A stretch of 64,000 nucleotides of DNA, from contig JAHDYR010000013.1 of NCBI GenBank assembly GCA_019828565.1, positions 248,001 to 312,000 of the forward strand. The letters are read 5' to 3'. The notes beneath the pieces were generated by a model. The model was not told where the DNA came from, did not search any database, and was given only the letters and a program-made list of their open reading frames with translations. The position numbers were made by a program, and so were the translations under genes. Source of the stretch: Carpediemonas membranifera BICM. Taxonomy: Eukaryota; Protista; Fornicata. Below are positions 51,910 through 62,004 of this stretch, in pieces. The stretch's first letter is position 1; each line of letters begins with the position of its first letter.

Positions 51910-53843
51910 TTACTCCTCCGAGACCTCACTTTCACTGGCATCATCATACGGTTCAGGGTCGCGGGCCTGACCACCTTGCATGTTGGCCATGAAGGACATG
52001 AACTGTGTCATCATCTCCATGGGGTCCATCTGTCTGGTGGTCCTGGTTCTCCTGCTCTTGTTCCTGCGACGGGGCACTACCGCGGCGTCTCTGTTCTTGA
52101 CCATCTCAATCGGTGGTCTGACAAGGGGGTCGGGTTCAGTGCCTGCCAGGTCTGCGGGTCTCTGCCGGGCGGCCTTGAGGGCTGAGATTTCTCGCTGTGC
52201 CTCTGCCAGTTGAAGTAGGAGCCTCTGTTTCTCGGCGTCCTGCTGGTCCGGTAGTCTGCTTCTTACCGTCCCAGCGGTGTCGTCACTGTGTCTGCTCCTC
52301 TTTCCTGACTCGGATAGGTCGTCTCTGCCTTGGCTGCCTCGCTTGCCGGCTGCTGAGGAGTGGTTGCCTCTGCGGTTGTCTCTGGCTGTTCCAAGATGTT
52401 CTCTAAACCACTCGTTTCTCTCCCGCTGGCGCCTCTCTGCCTCTTCGAAGTCGGGTCTGATCCGGAGACCGTCCTGTTCTGCTCTGTTGGCCCTGGCTTC
52501 CAGACGTTCGAGCTCCGTGTCGCGTTCATAGATTTCAGGACGTCTGATTTCTCTGTCGATGAGGCGCCCAGCCTCTCTGTCGTCAGGGTGTCTGATGTCT
52601 CTTTCGGTGGGTTGGTCAGCTTCTCTGGCGATGGGGCGTCTGACCTCATAGTCAGCCGGACGTCTGGCCTCTCTGTCGGCCAGGTGTATGGCTTCTCTGT
52701 GGGTGGGATGTCCGATCTCTCTGCCAGTAGGGCGCCTGACTTCCTGGTCGACCGACCGTCTGGCCTCTCTGTCAACTTGGTGACCCACCTCTCTGTCGTG
52801 GTGTCTCTCATCTCTGATGTCCGGGCGTCTGATCTCTCTGTGGTCACGGCGCTCGTCCTCGCGGCGTCTGTCCACCCGGGTTGCAGGGTCCAGGATGTCT
52901 CTGAAGTTCCTGCCTACCACTTGGTGCTCGACTTCGCCGACTGCCGTCTGGAGGTGAGTGTCTCTGTACGTGACCCTGAAGGGCATCTCGTCCTTGCCGT
53001 CCACGTCGGGTTTGTATCCGCTGGGTGGGATGCCCCCCATTCTGACTCTGGCCTCTTCCGGGATCACTGTGGTGACCATGCGTCGGCCTTCCCAGCGCAT
53101 GCGCTTCAGGATAGACCCCGCGTCTCTGGTTCTGATCAGTCCCCAGTCTCTGGGGATGAATGCGACTCTGATGGAGGCTCTGGCGTTCGGGGGGGCTTTG
53201 ACATTGGCTATGCGCCCTTCAAACTCTCTGAGTGCCTCTGCTAGCTCTTCGCATCCCCAGGTCTCTTGCCGGGCGATGCGCTCTCTGCTGGGCCACCAGT
53301 TGACGAGCTGTGACAGTGTGACCATGTTCTCTTCGTTGTGCGCTCCAAGGCCGGCTCGGCCCTGGACCGCTCTGAGTTGCTCTGGGTTGTCTAGCTCCTC
53401 TTCCAGTGTCCAGATAGGGTTCCTAGTGACTCTGTTGTCTCTGTCAGTGAAGGCGTCAGGGGATAGGAGCAGGCCCTTCATCCCCATCGCTACCTCTGCA
53501 AATCCGAAGCCAATGCCGAACCTGTGTTCTCTGTCTGGCACTACGAGGAACCTGTTGCCTTGGTGCCCGTCTCTGATCTCTCTGAACGCTGGGTGGGGGC
53601 CAAACTCCTGGAACGCTGTGTGCCTCGGCTGGAACCCCAGCCCTGCTACGATGTCACTGCTTTCTCTGGCTGCTCTGACCTCTTCCTCAATGGCTGGCTG
53701 CAGCAGTCTGAGGGCGTCCTCTAACTCACCGATGCCGTTGGTGCCTCTGAATAGTGCTAGAACTCTGATTGCGAACAGTGTGCTGTCCGCCAGTGCGAAA
53801 GAAAGAAAGAAAGAAAATTTATGGTGCCTGGTATCGGGCCCCG
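51910..53843 (-). CDS. LINE ORF1 with charged 8-aa tandem repeats
   Basis: Frame open from about 53843 to the stop at 51910; repeat block DRE[VAI]RRP[x]. Confidence 0.7.
52535..52870 (-). repeat. Imperfect 24-nt tandem repeat (about 12 units) in ORF1
   Basis: DREARRSV DQEVRRPT GREIGHPT HREAIHLA DREARRPA DYEVRRPI AREADQPT ERDIRHPD DREAGRLI DREIRRPE. Confidence 0.8.
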
Positions 53844-54572
53844 GTTACTTAGGCTGATCTCCCTTATTACTGGAGCCGAGTTCCCCGGGGCGCTGCCTCC
53901 TCCCTGCGATTGAACTTGTCAGCTGCGTCCAACGAGCGATTCGGTGCTACTGCTTCCGCTCACTCCCGATTTCACTTCCCCCCATAGGCCTTCGCCATCT
54001 CCGTGCGCTGAGCGCTTTCCTGTCTCCCTGTAAACCCGGCAGCTTCCAGGGAGCCTGGGGGTCTGTCCTCGGTGCTTCCACAGGCAGGTTTGTCCTGCAA
54101 GACCTTCTCTATAGCACTCCCTGATTCCCTGCAGTCCCTACGGGGTCGTTCAAGCATGGCACCCTCTCCTCTTTCCAGATTCCCTGTTCAGTGCCCCCAC
54201 GACCCTGTTAAGTGGCCTACCCGTGGGCGGGGAAAGCAACTAAGTCCCTCTCATCTACCCCTGTTAGGCGGCGTGGGCTAGGGCTAACACAGACTCTAGA
54301 TCTGCAAGGCCTAGTACCCCTTATGATAGTTCTCTTGTGCTACACTTCCCAGCGTCCCTCTATCGTTCACAAGGGCGGCGGGGACGTCATGTCCCCCGTA
54401 TCCCATGCTCAGTCCCTGCAGTTTCCTTAGGTTCACCGCGAGTGGTGCAACCATCCAATTGATGGATTTCCTCTGTCCCTGGCCCTGCCCTCTCCCTGGG
54501 AAACATGGGGGTCTCCCCTTGATCCCAGAGTCTATGCTTCCCTGCCCCCTTTCTGGATGTGGTGTTCCTTAT

Positions 54573-54797
54573 CTATCCATCTATTCTATAGCTATCATAG
54601 ACCTTTGCCAGGGCTCTCAGCCCAGCTCGCAGTCCTTCCCATATCTCTTCCGACCCTGTTAACACTAGTTGTTGCACCTCTAAGATTGGCCTCTTCTCAT
54701 ACCACCTCCCATTCGGGCCTCTTCTGACTTGCAATTCCCTGGTCCTCTCCTTAGCTGTCTTCCATATCTTTTCCCAGTCATCTCCTCTTTCAACTTT
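54573..54797 (-). mobile_element. 3' tail of ORF2 from a related LINE subfamily (not in the ORF track)
   Basis: VERGDDWEKIWKTAKERTRELQVRRGPNGRWYEKRPILEVQQLVLTGSEEIWEGLRAGLRALAKVYDSYRIDG* aligns with the ORF2 end at 48136-48350. Confidence 0.85.
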
Positions 54798-56697
54798 CCG
54801 CCAGTGCGCAGTGATAGCACCCCGCCGTGTGGCTGTGGTAGGGGCATACTCTCTTGGGTGCTTCCCGTGACTGCCACCGGCTGGTCCACAGGTCTAGCCA
54901 CTCCATGCTCTGCGCGTTGTTGTAATTGACTCTGAATCTCTGTTCGAGGTCGGGTCTAGCCCTGACCAGCAGCGTTGGCAGCTCGTTTTCGTCCACTAGT
55001 CTCTGTGCGAAGTAGTCTCTGCTCTCTGCGGCTAAGCCGTTCGCTGCGTCTGTGAGGAGGAACATCTCCATGTGCTTTCCCTTGGCGAACAGGTGGACTC
55101 TGCAGCCTTCTCTTCTCTCATACGCTTTGAGCTCCGTCGCTAGACGGTCGCCCCACGCCTGGAAGGTGTGGACGTGCTGCTCTAGGTCTCTGGGGGGTCT
55201 TCCTGTCGCTATGTCCACGAAGGTCGCTGGTGGTAGGCCTGTGACAGCCCATGATGTGTGCCTTGACTGCTCGACTCTGTTGAGCGGCATGTCCTGGTAG
55301 AACATACCGTGGCCGTGGCCGACCACTTCACTGCTATCCACATCTATCATGACAATGCCTCCTTCGACCGGGATCGCTGGTGTGCCTTGTCTTGAGCTGC
55401 CCGTGTAGCTGCACTCAAAGTCAATGGCTGCTAGGACAAGTCTCTGGTTCGGCTGGGTCTCTGATAAGGGCAGGCTGCTGGTCTCGTGCTGGCTCCTCCC
55501 TTCGCCTGCCATCCTTCTGGCCTCCTGCTGATCTCTGATATGCTCTTGGACGATGTCTTCCAGGCTAATCCTCGGCGGCACCTCCTTGTCTCTGTTCACA
55601 CTGTCTATAGGAAGCTGAGTGCGCTTGCCTGATGCCTCGCCCCCCAGCACCTGCCGCTTGGGGGTTCTTGTGGTTCTCTTGTTGGCACTGACTCTGTTTA
55701 TCCTCTGAGACGCTGGGGTTGCCGGGGCTTGGCTACCACAGATACTGTCCGGCCTCGTCATCTCTACGTCGCTGTCGATGTCCGTGCTAGCAGACCTGTC
55801 CTCCTGGGAGGCATGTTCGGCTCTCTTGTCACGGCTGATCTCTGCTCCGATGATTTCGGCTCTGACTACTGCAAACTGCGGCTTGCCACTGAGCGGCGTC
55901 TCTTCCCCTCGCTTCCGGATACCGCTACGGCCGCTGGTGTCTACTCCTGAGCTATTCCATGCCGCTTGCCACACCACTGGTGCCTCTGGTGCCTGCAGTC
56001 TCAGGATGTCTCTTGCCTCTTCCATGTACCTGGTGATGGGCCATGCCTCCGTGTCTTCCAGGTCCAGTAGAACTCTGAAGGTGCCATCCTCTTGCTCTAT
56101 GGCTACTCTGGTGATGGGTCCTCTGTTGGACGGGTCCCACACTTGCTCGCCGCTGAGGCACTCGGGGGCTTCATCCTCTGCTGTCCCTGTGATGACCGAG
56201 TACATGCCAGTCTCTCTGTTTTCGACGCTGTCTCTGACGTTGTCCCACTGAATGGGGTTCTGGCCTCTGGGTTGCAGGACTGCTTGTTCGATGGACTGCT
56301 CCTTGGGCCATCTGGCCATGTCCTTGTGCCCTGGTCTCACTGATGTGGGCTCGTTAGAGCTGGCGATGCGCTGAATCTCTGCTTCTCTGGGGTCTAGGGC
56401 CTCTGCTACCATGATGAAGAGGTCGCGAAGCCCGTGGATGCCGTTCGGATGTCTGAGGATGGTGTCCCTGTTGTCGGTCACTCCTGAGGCTGTGAGGATC
56501 CTTCTGACGTTGGTTAGTACTTCCTTGCGGGCTGTGGAGCTTGCGCCGAAGGACTTTTCGGAAAAGTCGTCACTTCTGCGCAGTAGTAAGGTCCGGGCGT
56601 TTCCTTCCTTGATCAGGTAGCTGTCTAGTAGTTCTCTGATGGTACTCCACTGTTTTTGCGTAGATTCTCTGGTTTTCTCTGATATTTCTACCTGCAT
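54790..56697 (-). CDS. 635-aa protein with C-terminal Maelstrom-like DEDD/ECHC nuclease domain
   Basis: AIDFEC…IPVEGG…H…F…TGLP…FAKG…E…CPYH…HCALAE. Confidence 0.65.
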   Translation of the reverse strand: MQVEISEKTRESTQKQWSTIRELLDSYLIKEGNARTLLLRRSDDFSEKSFGASSTARKEVLTNVRRILTASGVTDNRDTILRHPNGIHGLRDLFIMVAEALDPREAEIQRIASSNEPTSVRPGHKDMARWPKEQSIEQAVLQPRGQNPIQWDNVRDSVENRETGMYSVITGTAEDEAPECLSGEQVWDPSNRGPITRVAIEQEDGTFRVLLDLEDTEAWPITRYMEEARDILRLQAPEAPVVWQAAWNSSGVDTSGRSGIRKRGEETPLSGKPQFAVVRAEIIGAEISRDKRAEHASQEDRSASTDIDSDVEMTRPDSICGSQAPATPASQRINRVSANKRTTRTPKRQVLGGEASGKRTQLPIDSVNRDKEVPPRISLEDIVQEHIRDQQEARRMAGEGRSQHETSSLPLSETQPNQRLVLAAIDFECSYTGSSRQGTPAIPVEGGIVMIDVDSSEVVGHGHGMFYQDMPLNRVEQSRHTSWAVTGLPPATFVDIATGRPPRDLEQHVHTFQAWGDRLATELKAYERREGCRVHLFAKGKHMEMFLLTDAANGLAAESRDYFAQRLVDENELPTLLVRARPDLEQRFRVNYNNAQSMEWLDLWTSRWQSREAPKRVCPYHSHTAGCYHCALAES

Positions 56698-59121
56698 TCA
56701 CTGTGCCGTTTTTGTGCGTATGAAAAAGGTTGGCGAATGCATCGTCCTGAAAATCGGTCAGCGTGGCCTTGTGCGGCTCCTGTAACTGTGTAGGGGTCTC
56801 GGTTTTCTTCTTTTTCTCTGGTTCGGCCGTAAACTGCGTTACGGCGAAATGGCGCACTGTCCAAAAATGCACGCTGATTTTCTCGCTGGGTGGTCTCGGG
56901 ATTTTAGGACTGACTTCGCCCTAGGTAGTGCCTACATGAGGGCTATCTTTGGTCTCTGTGCCTCTGCTTGATCACTCCTCCTTCACCGTGAACATGCCAA
57001 AAACCAAAAGTGGTCGCGGCTTCTCGGTGTTCTCTGTGGGTTTCCCTGCTTTCTCTGTTAAATCTCTGTTCATTGTACTCTTGTATTGTCTCTGTGTTGG
57101 GCGTGGAGCTCCCACTCGCGCCCGGCGGGGATCCATGAATGCACCTTTGAGTTTGGCGGACAGGAAGCTGAGGCCGCTCCTTCTGAGCTGATGGGGGCGC
57201 TGTACCAGTTTACTGGGACAGGCCGTTGGCCTTTTGTCCATCCCCGAACATAGTCTTTCGACTTAGCTGAATTCGATGGCGGACTGCCGACTTCCTTGAA
57301 CGCCTGTGTGGTGCCTCAGGAGTCAATGTGCAGTTTATGTAAACAGATCATTCCCTTTCGTCCTCCTGCGCGTCCACAGTAATTAATTACTGTCTTGTAG
57401 CTATCGGACAGTTGATTAGGGGGCAGGAACGTTAGGTTCTTAATGATCAGGAGAGAGAGCAGTATTCCGCCGTGCAATAAGATCAAGCGTGATATTTCGT
57501 CGCTAGAGGATCTTGGTGTGTATACAATGCTTTTATTCAGTGCCTCTCCCGATGTGCCGTGTAGAATTCGCACTTTGCATGCGCACAACGAACTGGGTGG
57601 CGTTTCCCATCATGTGAACGAGGCGAGCAAGATTCTCCAGTGTCAGGAGCGTCCTCGTTGTCCACGCGACGACATGAATGATGGATACAAGCAGGCGCCG
57701 TGCGAAACCTAGAAGCTGAATGATTTCCGCAATCTCCGTGCGGTTGGCGGTGATGAGAACGCAGTCTTGAACGTGGACAAGTTGCCTAGAAGGTCTTATG
57801 TCTGTATACGTGTGATTAGAAGCTGCTTGGTCCCGCCTGGTGGGCCTCATGAGCGATAGGATGCTCGGACCCACGTTTCTCTATTACGGTGGATAGAACC
57901 CGGCGATAGAAAGCGCCGCTCAGGTCAGCGGTGCGGCACCACACCCGGGGGCCCGATAGGGTCGATTTGCCCCGTGTTTCCTGGATGACCCAGTTGAGTC
58001 GTCCTGTGGCATTTCACCATCGAAATGTCGGAAGAACAGCGAAGATGATGGAGCGATGCTCAGAATGCTCGATATTGCCTCTTCATTTCATTTACATCGC
58101 TACTTTGCCCCTTCTTTGCTTATAACCCCTCCCTCCTGACCACTTTATGGTTTTCATGTCGATTTTCGCAAGTTCGCCTCTTCAACAGCGAATGACATCG
58201 ACTAGGCGCCGTCAGCGCATACTACTTATTCTTTATTCACCTAATCTTGCCCCATTGCGATCGTCCACAGCGTCGTTGTCCTCAACAAGCGTCTTTTCCT
58301 CATTTTCGCCGATCCAGCTCTAGAACGCTCCAAGCGACGCACAGACGGCGGGTCCGAGCGCTGCCAGTTGGCACAGGACTGTACGCCGGCGTCTATAGGG
58401 AGCGCGCGCAAGGTCAACGTCGGTTTTGACCATCGACGACTTCGACTCAAGAGCGAGGCGGAGGGACGCCAGGATGTTCCAGGGACGTGTATGAGCCGAG
58501 ACAAGGCTCGCGGGGCCGATACAGGTGGGTGATGGAGTCATTTTCGCCTCACCATATCTTCGCCTGACGAGGGCGGGGGGGAGGTGGAGAGGCTCAAGAT
58601 CGTGCTCAATCCGACAATATATCACGAGATCTAGTCAGATCGTGAGTCAATCCGATGATTTGAGTCATTCAATTGACCGGTCGGTATACATGTCGCGTGC
58701 GAGTGTTCACTCAATAGGGGTGGAGAGCGGCCGTGTCGTACCACACACACCCACATTACAGCCATGTGGTGGCGGTGGTGACCAGCAGCTACAATTATTC
58801 AGCCGACCTTCCAATGGGCGATAGCGCGATTAGCGTCTGCGTTTGAGGCTCGCGCCAAGTCCAGCCGGTCGGTGATACTAATATCAAGTGTGATCTTGAT
58901 GCAACCTTGCTTGTGCGCATACCCGATGATGACCAGTTACCCGCCAGGTCGTGGGTACAATTCTTCTTGGCTGTTAAGGCAACGTGTCTTCCTGATGCCG
59001 TGATCAGATGGTGACCCAAGTCGGTCTGCCGCGTTGTATATCATGGACAATAAGGGGGCTGAGCCTCTCACAGTTGGTCGGGCGGGTGTTACAAAGTGCC
59101 TGATTTATTGTTGATTAGTTG

Positions 59122-60270
59122 TTAGAGTCGGCGGCCCCGACCAGCGAAGGCAGGTCCAGTACTGCGCGGTTCAACCCCGTGACGAGTAAGGTGCGCTACC
59201 ACATCAGGCAATTCTAGCAACTCCGGCGTCGGGTACGACCGTGTCACAAACCTGTAGTCTTCCCATTTCAACGTGAGGAGTCGACCACCCGGGCCGTTGC
59301 GACTGCCAACAACTCGTTCCAGTCGATAAGTACGGAGCTCATCAGTGAACTGGAGCCCTCCGTCGCCCGTAGTCATGAGTACCGGTACCCACTGTGGATG
59401 GGCTTTGAATACCCGCATGACCAAGCGGAATCGCTTCTCCATCTCCGGTATATCAGAGGACCGGTAGCAAGCCTCTTGAAGCAAACCATAGACTCCCGGG
59501 AAGACGGCTAAGGCCAGGAGGTGGCAGAGGGACTTGTCACCCCTACCAGGGAGCTTGCGTCGGATAGCGTCCATCTCATGGTGCCAAGTGGCGGCGCGAT
59601 GCAGGTCCAGTTCAGGTAGTGCCTGGGCAAGTTTCATGAAGGCCTGAAGATCGAGCAACACGCGACGCGCACAAGAAACACCCTTAAGTTGGCGTTCGAC
59701 GTCTTCGAGGGAGAACTCACGCTCGAACCGCTGTTCACGGAGAGAATTAATAAGCGGGGTGAGTGTTAGAGCAATCGAATGGGCGTGCTCGCCCAACAGC
59801 CGATGGACCAGCCGGTTCAAGTCCGAAACGTCCGTTCCTGAGGCGTGGGAGAGCTGGCGAACCGTAGTAGTCACGTCAGCAGGCTGGTTGGCTTCGGGCT
59901 GGCCGTCTGGCAGCGTTGGGGAGCTGTCATTCCCCGGGGCATCGTCCGAAGAAGTCGGCGATTCGTCTTCTTCGCTGTCATCGTTCGAGCTCTCGTCTAC
60001 CGACGAAGCGGGCTCTGAGTGACACACGGGACGGCGCACAAGCCTCTTGCGCCTCCTGTCGCCCGGCGCTACGCGTGACGATCGCAGATTTTGGATGTCG
60101 GAGCCCAATGTTGCACAACGGCGCTGCAGAGAACGCATTCGAGGATCATCAGATTCCTCAGAAGCTACTAGCTGCAGCAACCGGGCCAATTCCCCCAAAT
60201 GTTCCGTCACCATTTGCACCAAGATTGGTGCAAAATGAAACATCCCAATCCCGGATGGAAAGCCGCTCAA
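59122..60270 (-). CDS. Hypothetical protein with acidic linker and C-terminal chromodomain-like segment
   Basis: ATG-started 382-aa ORF ending YRLERVVGSR…LLTLKWEDY…SY…ELL. Confidence 0.55.
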   Translation of the reverse strand: MSGFPSGIGMFHFAPILVQMVTEHLGELARLLQLVASEESDDPRMRSLQRRCATLGSDIQNLRSSRVAPGDRRRKRLVRRPVCHSEPASSVDESSNDDSEEDESPTSSDDAPGNDSSPTLPDGQPEANQPADVTTTVRQLSHASGTDVSDLNRLVHRLLGEHAHSIALTLTPLINSLREQRFEREFSLEDVERQLKGVSCARRVLLDLQAFMKLAQALPELDLHRAATWHHEMDAIRRKLPGRGDKSLCHLLALAVFPGVYGLLQEACYRSSDIPEMEKRFRLVMRVFKAHPQWVPVLMTTGDGGLQFTDELRTYRLERVVGSRNGPGGRLLTLKWEDYRFVTRSYPTPELLELPDVVAHLTRHGVEPRSTGPAFAGRGRRL

Positions 60271-60564
60271 ACATGGAGTTATGATCTCTTTATTGTTGTC
60301 TTGATGTTGTTTAGTCGTTTAGTAGCTCTATCTGAGCGCAGTCGTGGTGTGAATTCCCGCTGCAAAGAAAAAGGCTCGTATCTCGCCGTAGAGGCCTCGT
60401 AGAGGCCTGAAAACACCATTTTCAGCACCAACCTGATTAATGGCGCAAACAGTTGGAAAGGGGCGGTGTTTCACCATCGTCGTGTTTGGATGGCCATAAC
60501 CTGCACCCAAGCATTTTAAGGTACGTCACATTTCGATTTTCGGCGAGGAAAAGCCGAGGAGGGG

Positions 60565-61700
60565 CAGGATCCCCGGTCAAAGCAGTCATTTACCTCGACG
60601 ACTGGTTGATAAGTGCACCGAAAGAGACTCTCATGCAATACAAGAGCGACATTCTCCAAACTCTAGACGCTCTCGGCCTTATCATCAACTTCGAGAAGAG
60701 CGAGCTCAATCCAGTCTCCATTACGACCTTCCTCGGCTTCAGCATCGACAACAAGCGCCGCAGGATCTCTCTAGCCAGCGAGAAGCGCCTCCGCTACCTT
60801 CACCGCGTCGAAGAACCCATGCTATCAAGGCGATGGACGGGCCCAGCGTGGGAAAAGCTTCTAGGATGCCTCAGCTTCGCTTCAATCGCATGGCCGGACG
60901 GCCGTGCATGGCTACGCTCTCTCCAGACACATAAGCAAGGCCTAGAAGCCCAGAACCTCGCGGCCCTGAGCGAGTGGGCCCACCGTCTCTCCCGCGAGTC
61001 GCCTACCAGATCATTCGACGACCTAGCGTCTCTTTGGGGTCTGAGAGAAGCCATGGACATCACGGTAGCTTCCGACGCCGCCAAGAGCTCCATAGGAGCC
61101 GTGATCAGGAGGCCCGGACAGCCAGACATAGCCTTCGCCAGACAAATCCACGCGTCCTCCTCCAAGCACATCACAGAGGTGGAGTTTCTAGCAGCATGCG
61201 AGGCCCTAGAGATGCTAACTCAGGACGAGGCGGCGTCCGGGCGCGAGGTCACGATCTTCTCGGACTCGTCGGCCGCTGTCAGCTGGATCAACAGGCAGGG
61301 GTCCACGAGAGCACCTCAGTCCGTCATAGCCCGAGTGCAGCAGCTGTGGCCAGTCCTAGCAAGCAAGTCTATCTCCGTCAGGGCGGTCCACGCACAAGGG
61401 CACCTCAATGTCACAGCAGATGCCCTGTCTCGCTTCGAGCGCCTGCACTGGAGGACCCCAATACTTTACCATACTGTCCTGGATCATGGACGCCTGGGGC
61501 CCCGTACAGGTCGATGTCAAACCTGCCAACCCCGTCGGACAAGCGTGGTCCGGTGCCCGTGTTTGGCAACCCCAGGCTGGTCCCGAGGCCCAACAGTCTT
61601 GGGGGCGCCCCAGCAGCGGTCGCGGTCAGTCTTGGAGCTGACCGCGGTTGATGGTGCTCCGGTCTCCGGAAATCTTGACGCGATCATTCGCAGAACGACG
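60565..61700 (+). pseudogene. 5'-truncated DIRS-type RT/RNase H fragment, divergent subfamily
   Basis: IYLDDWL, FLGF, LLGCLSFA, SDAA, EVEF, FSDS, HLNVTADALSR; clearly homologous to 44564-46021. Confidence 0.85.
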
Positions 61701-61764
61701 AAAGGAGCCGATGCCAATAAACACCCTGTTGCCTGTTGCCTGTTCAGGCCGTGCATAGCACGTG

Positions 61765-61884
61765 TGGCAAGGCCAGCGGAGCCAAAACTTCGGCGCGAGA
61801 GGTCGAGGATGATTCGATACGATCTCAAAGATGGGATCGTGCGTCTCATAAGGGCGGTTCAGTTGTTCAAGAGCGAACTGAAAC
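61765..61884 (+). repeat. 120-bp near-identical copy of 47122-47241 (element A 5'/gag region)
   Basis: Reverse-complement match with one substitution seen. Confidence 0.9.
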
Positions 61885-62004
61885 CGCGGGGCAGCCTTGC
61901 TCCCGATCCCCTCCATCGGATGGTGACGCTCGGCATCACGTAAGGTTGAGCGAGGTAATTTACTCCGGCTTACGCAGAGTTAGACCCGGGACGATGCGAG
62001 AACG

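Larger units (their letters stand above)
47755..53900 (-). mobile_element. APE-type non-LTR retrotransposon (ORF1 plus frameshifted ORF2)
   Basis: Two ORFs, strong purine-rich coding-strand bias, 3' UTR ending at tRNA-Leu. 5' limit approximate. Confidence 0.85.

Noticed and set aside
57250-59100. Several 60-110 aa ORFs
   Set aside because: No motifs; probably decayed element sequence.
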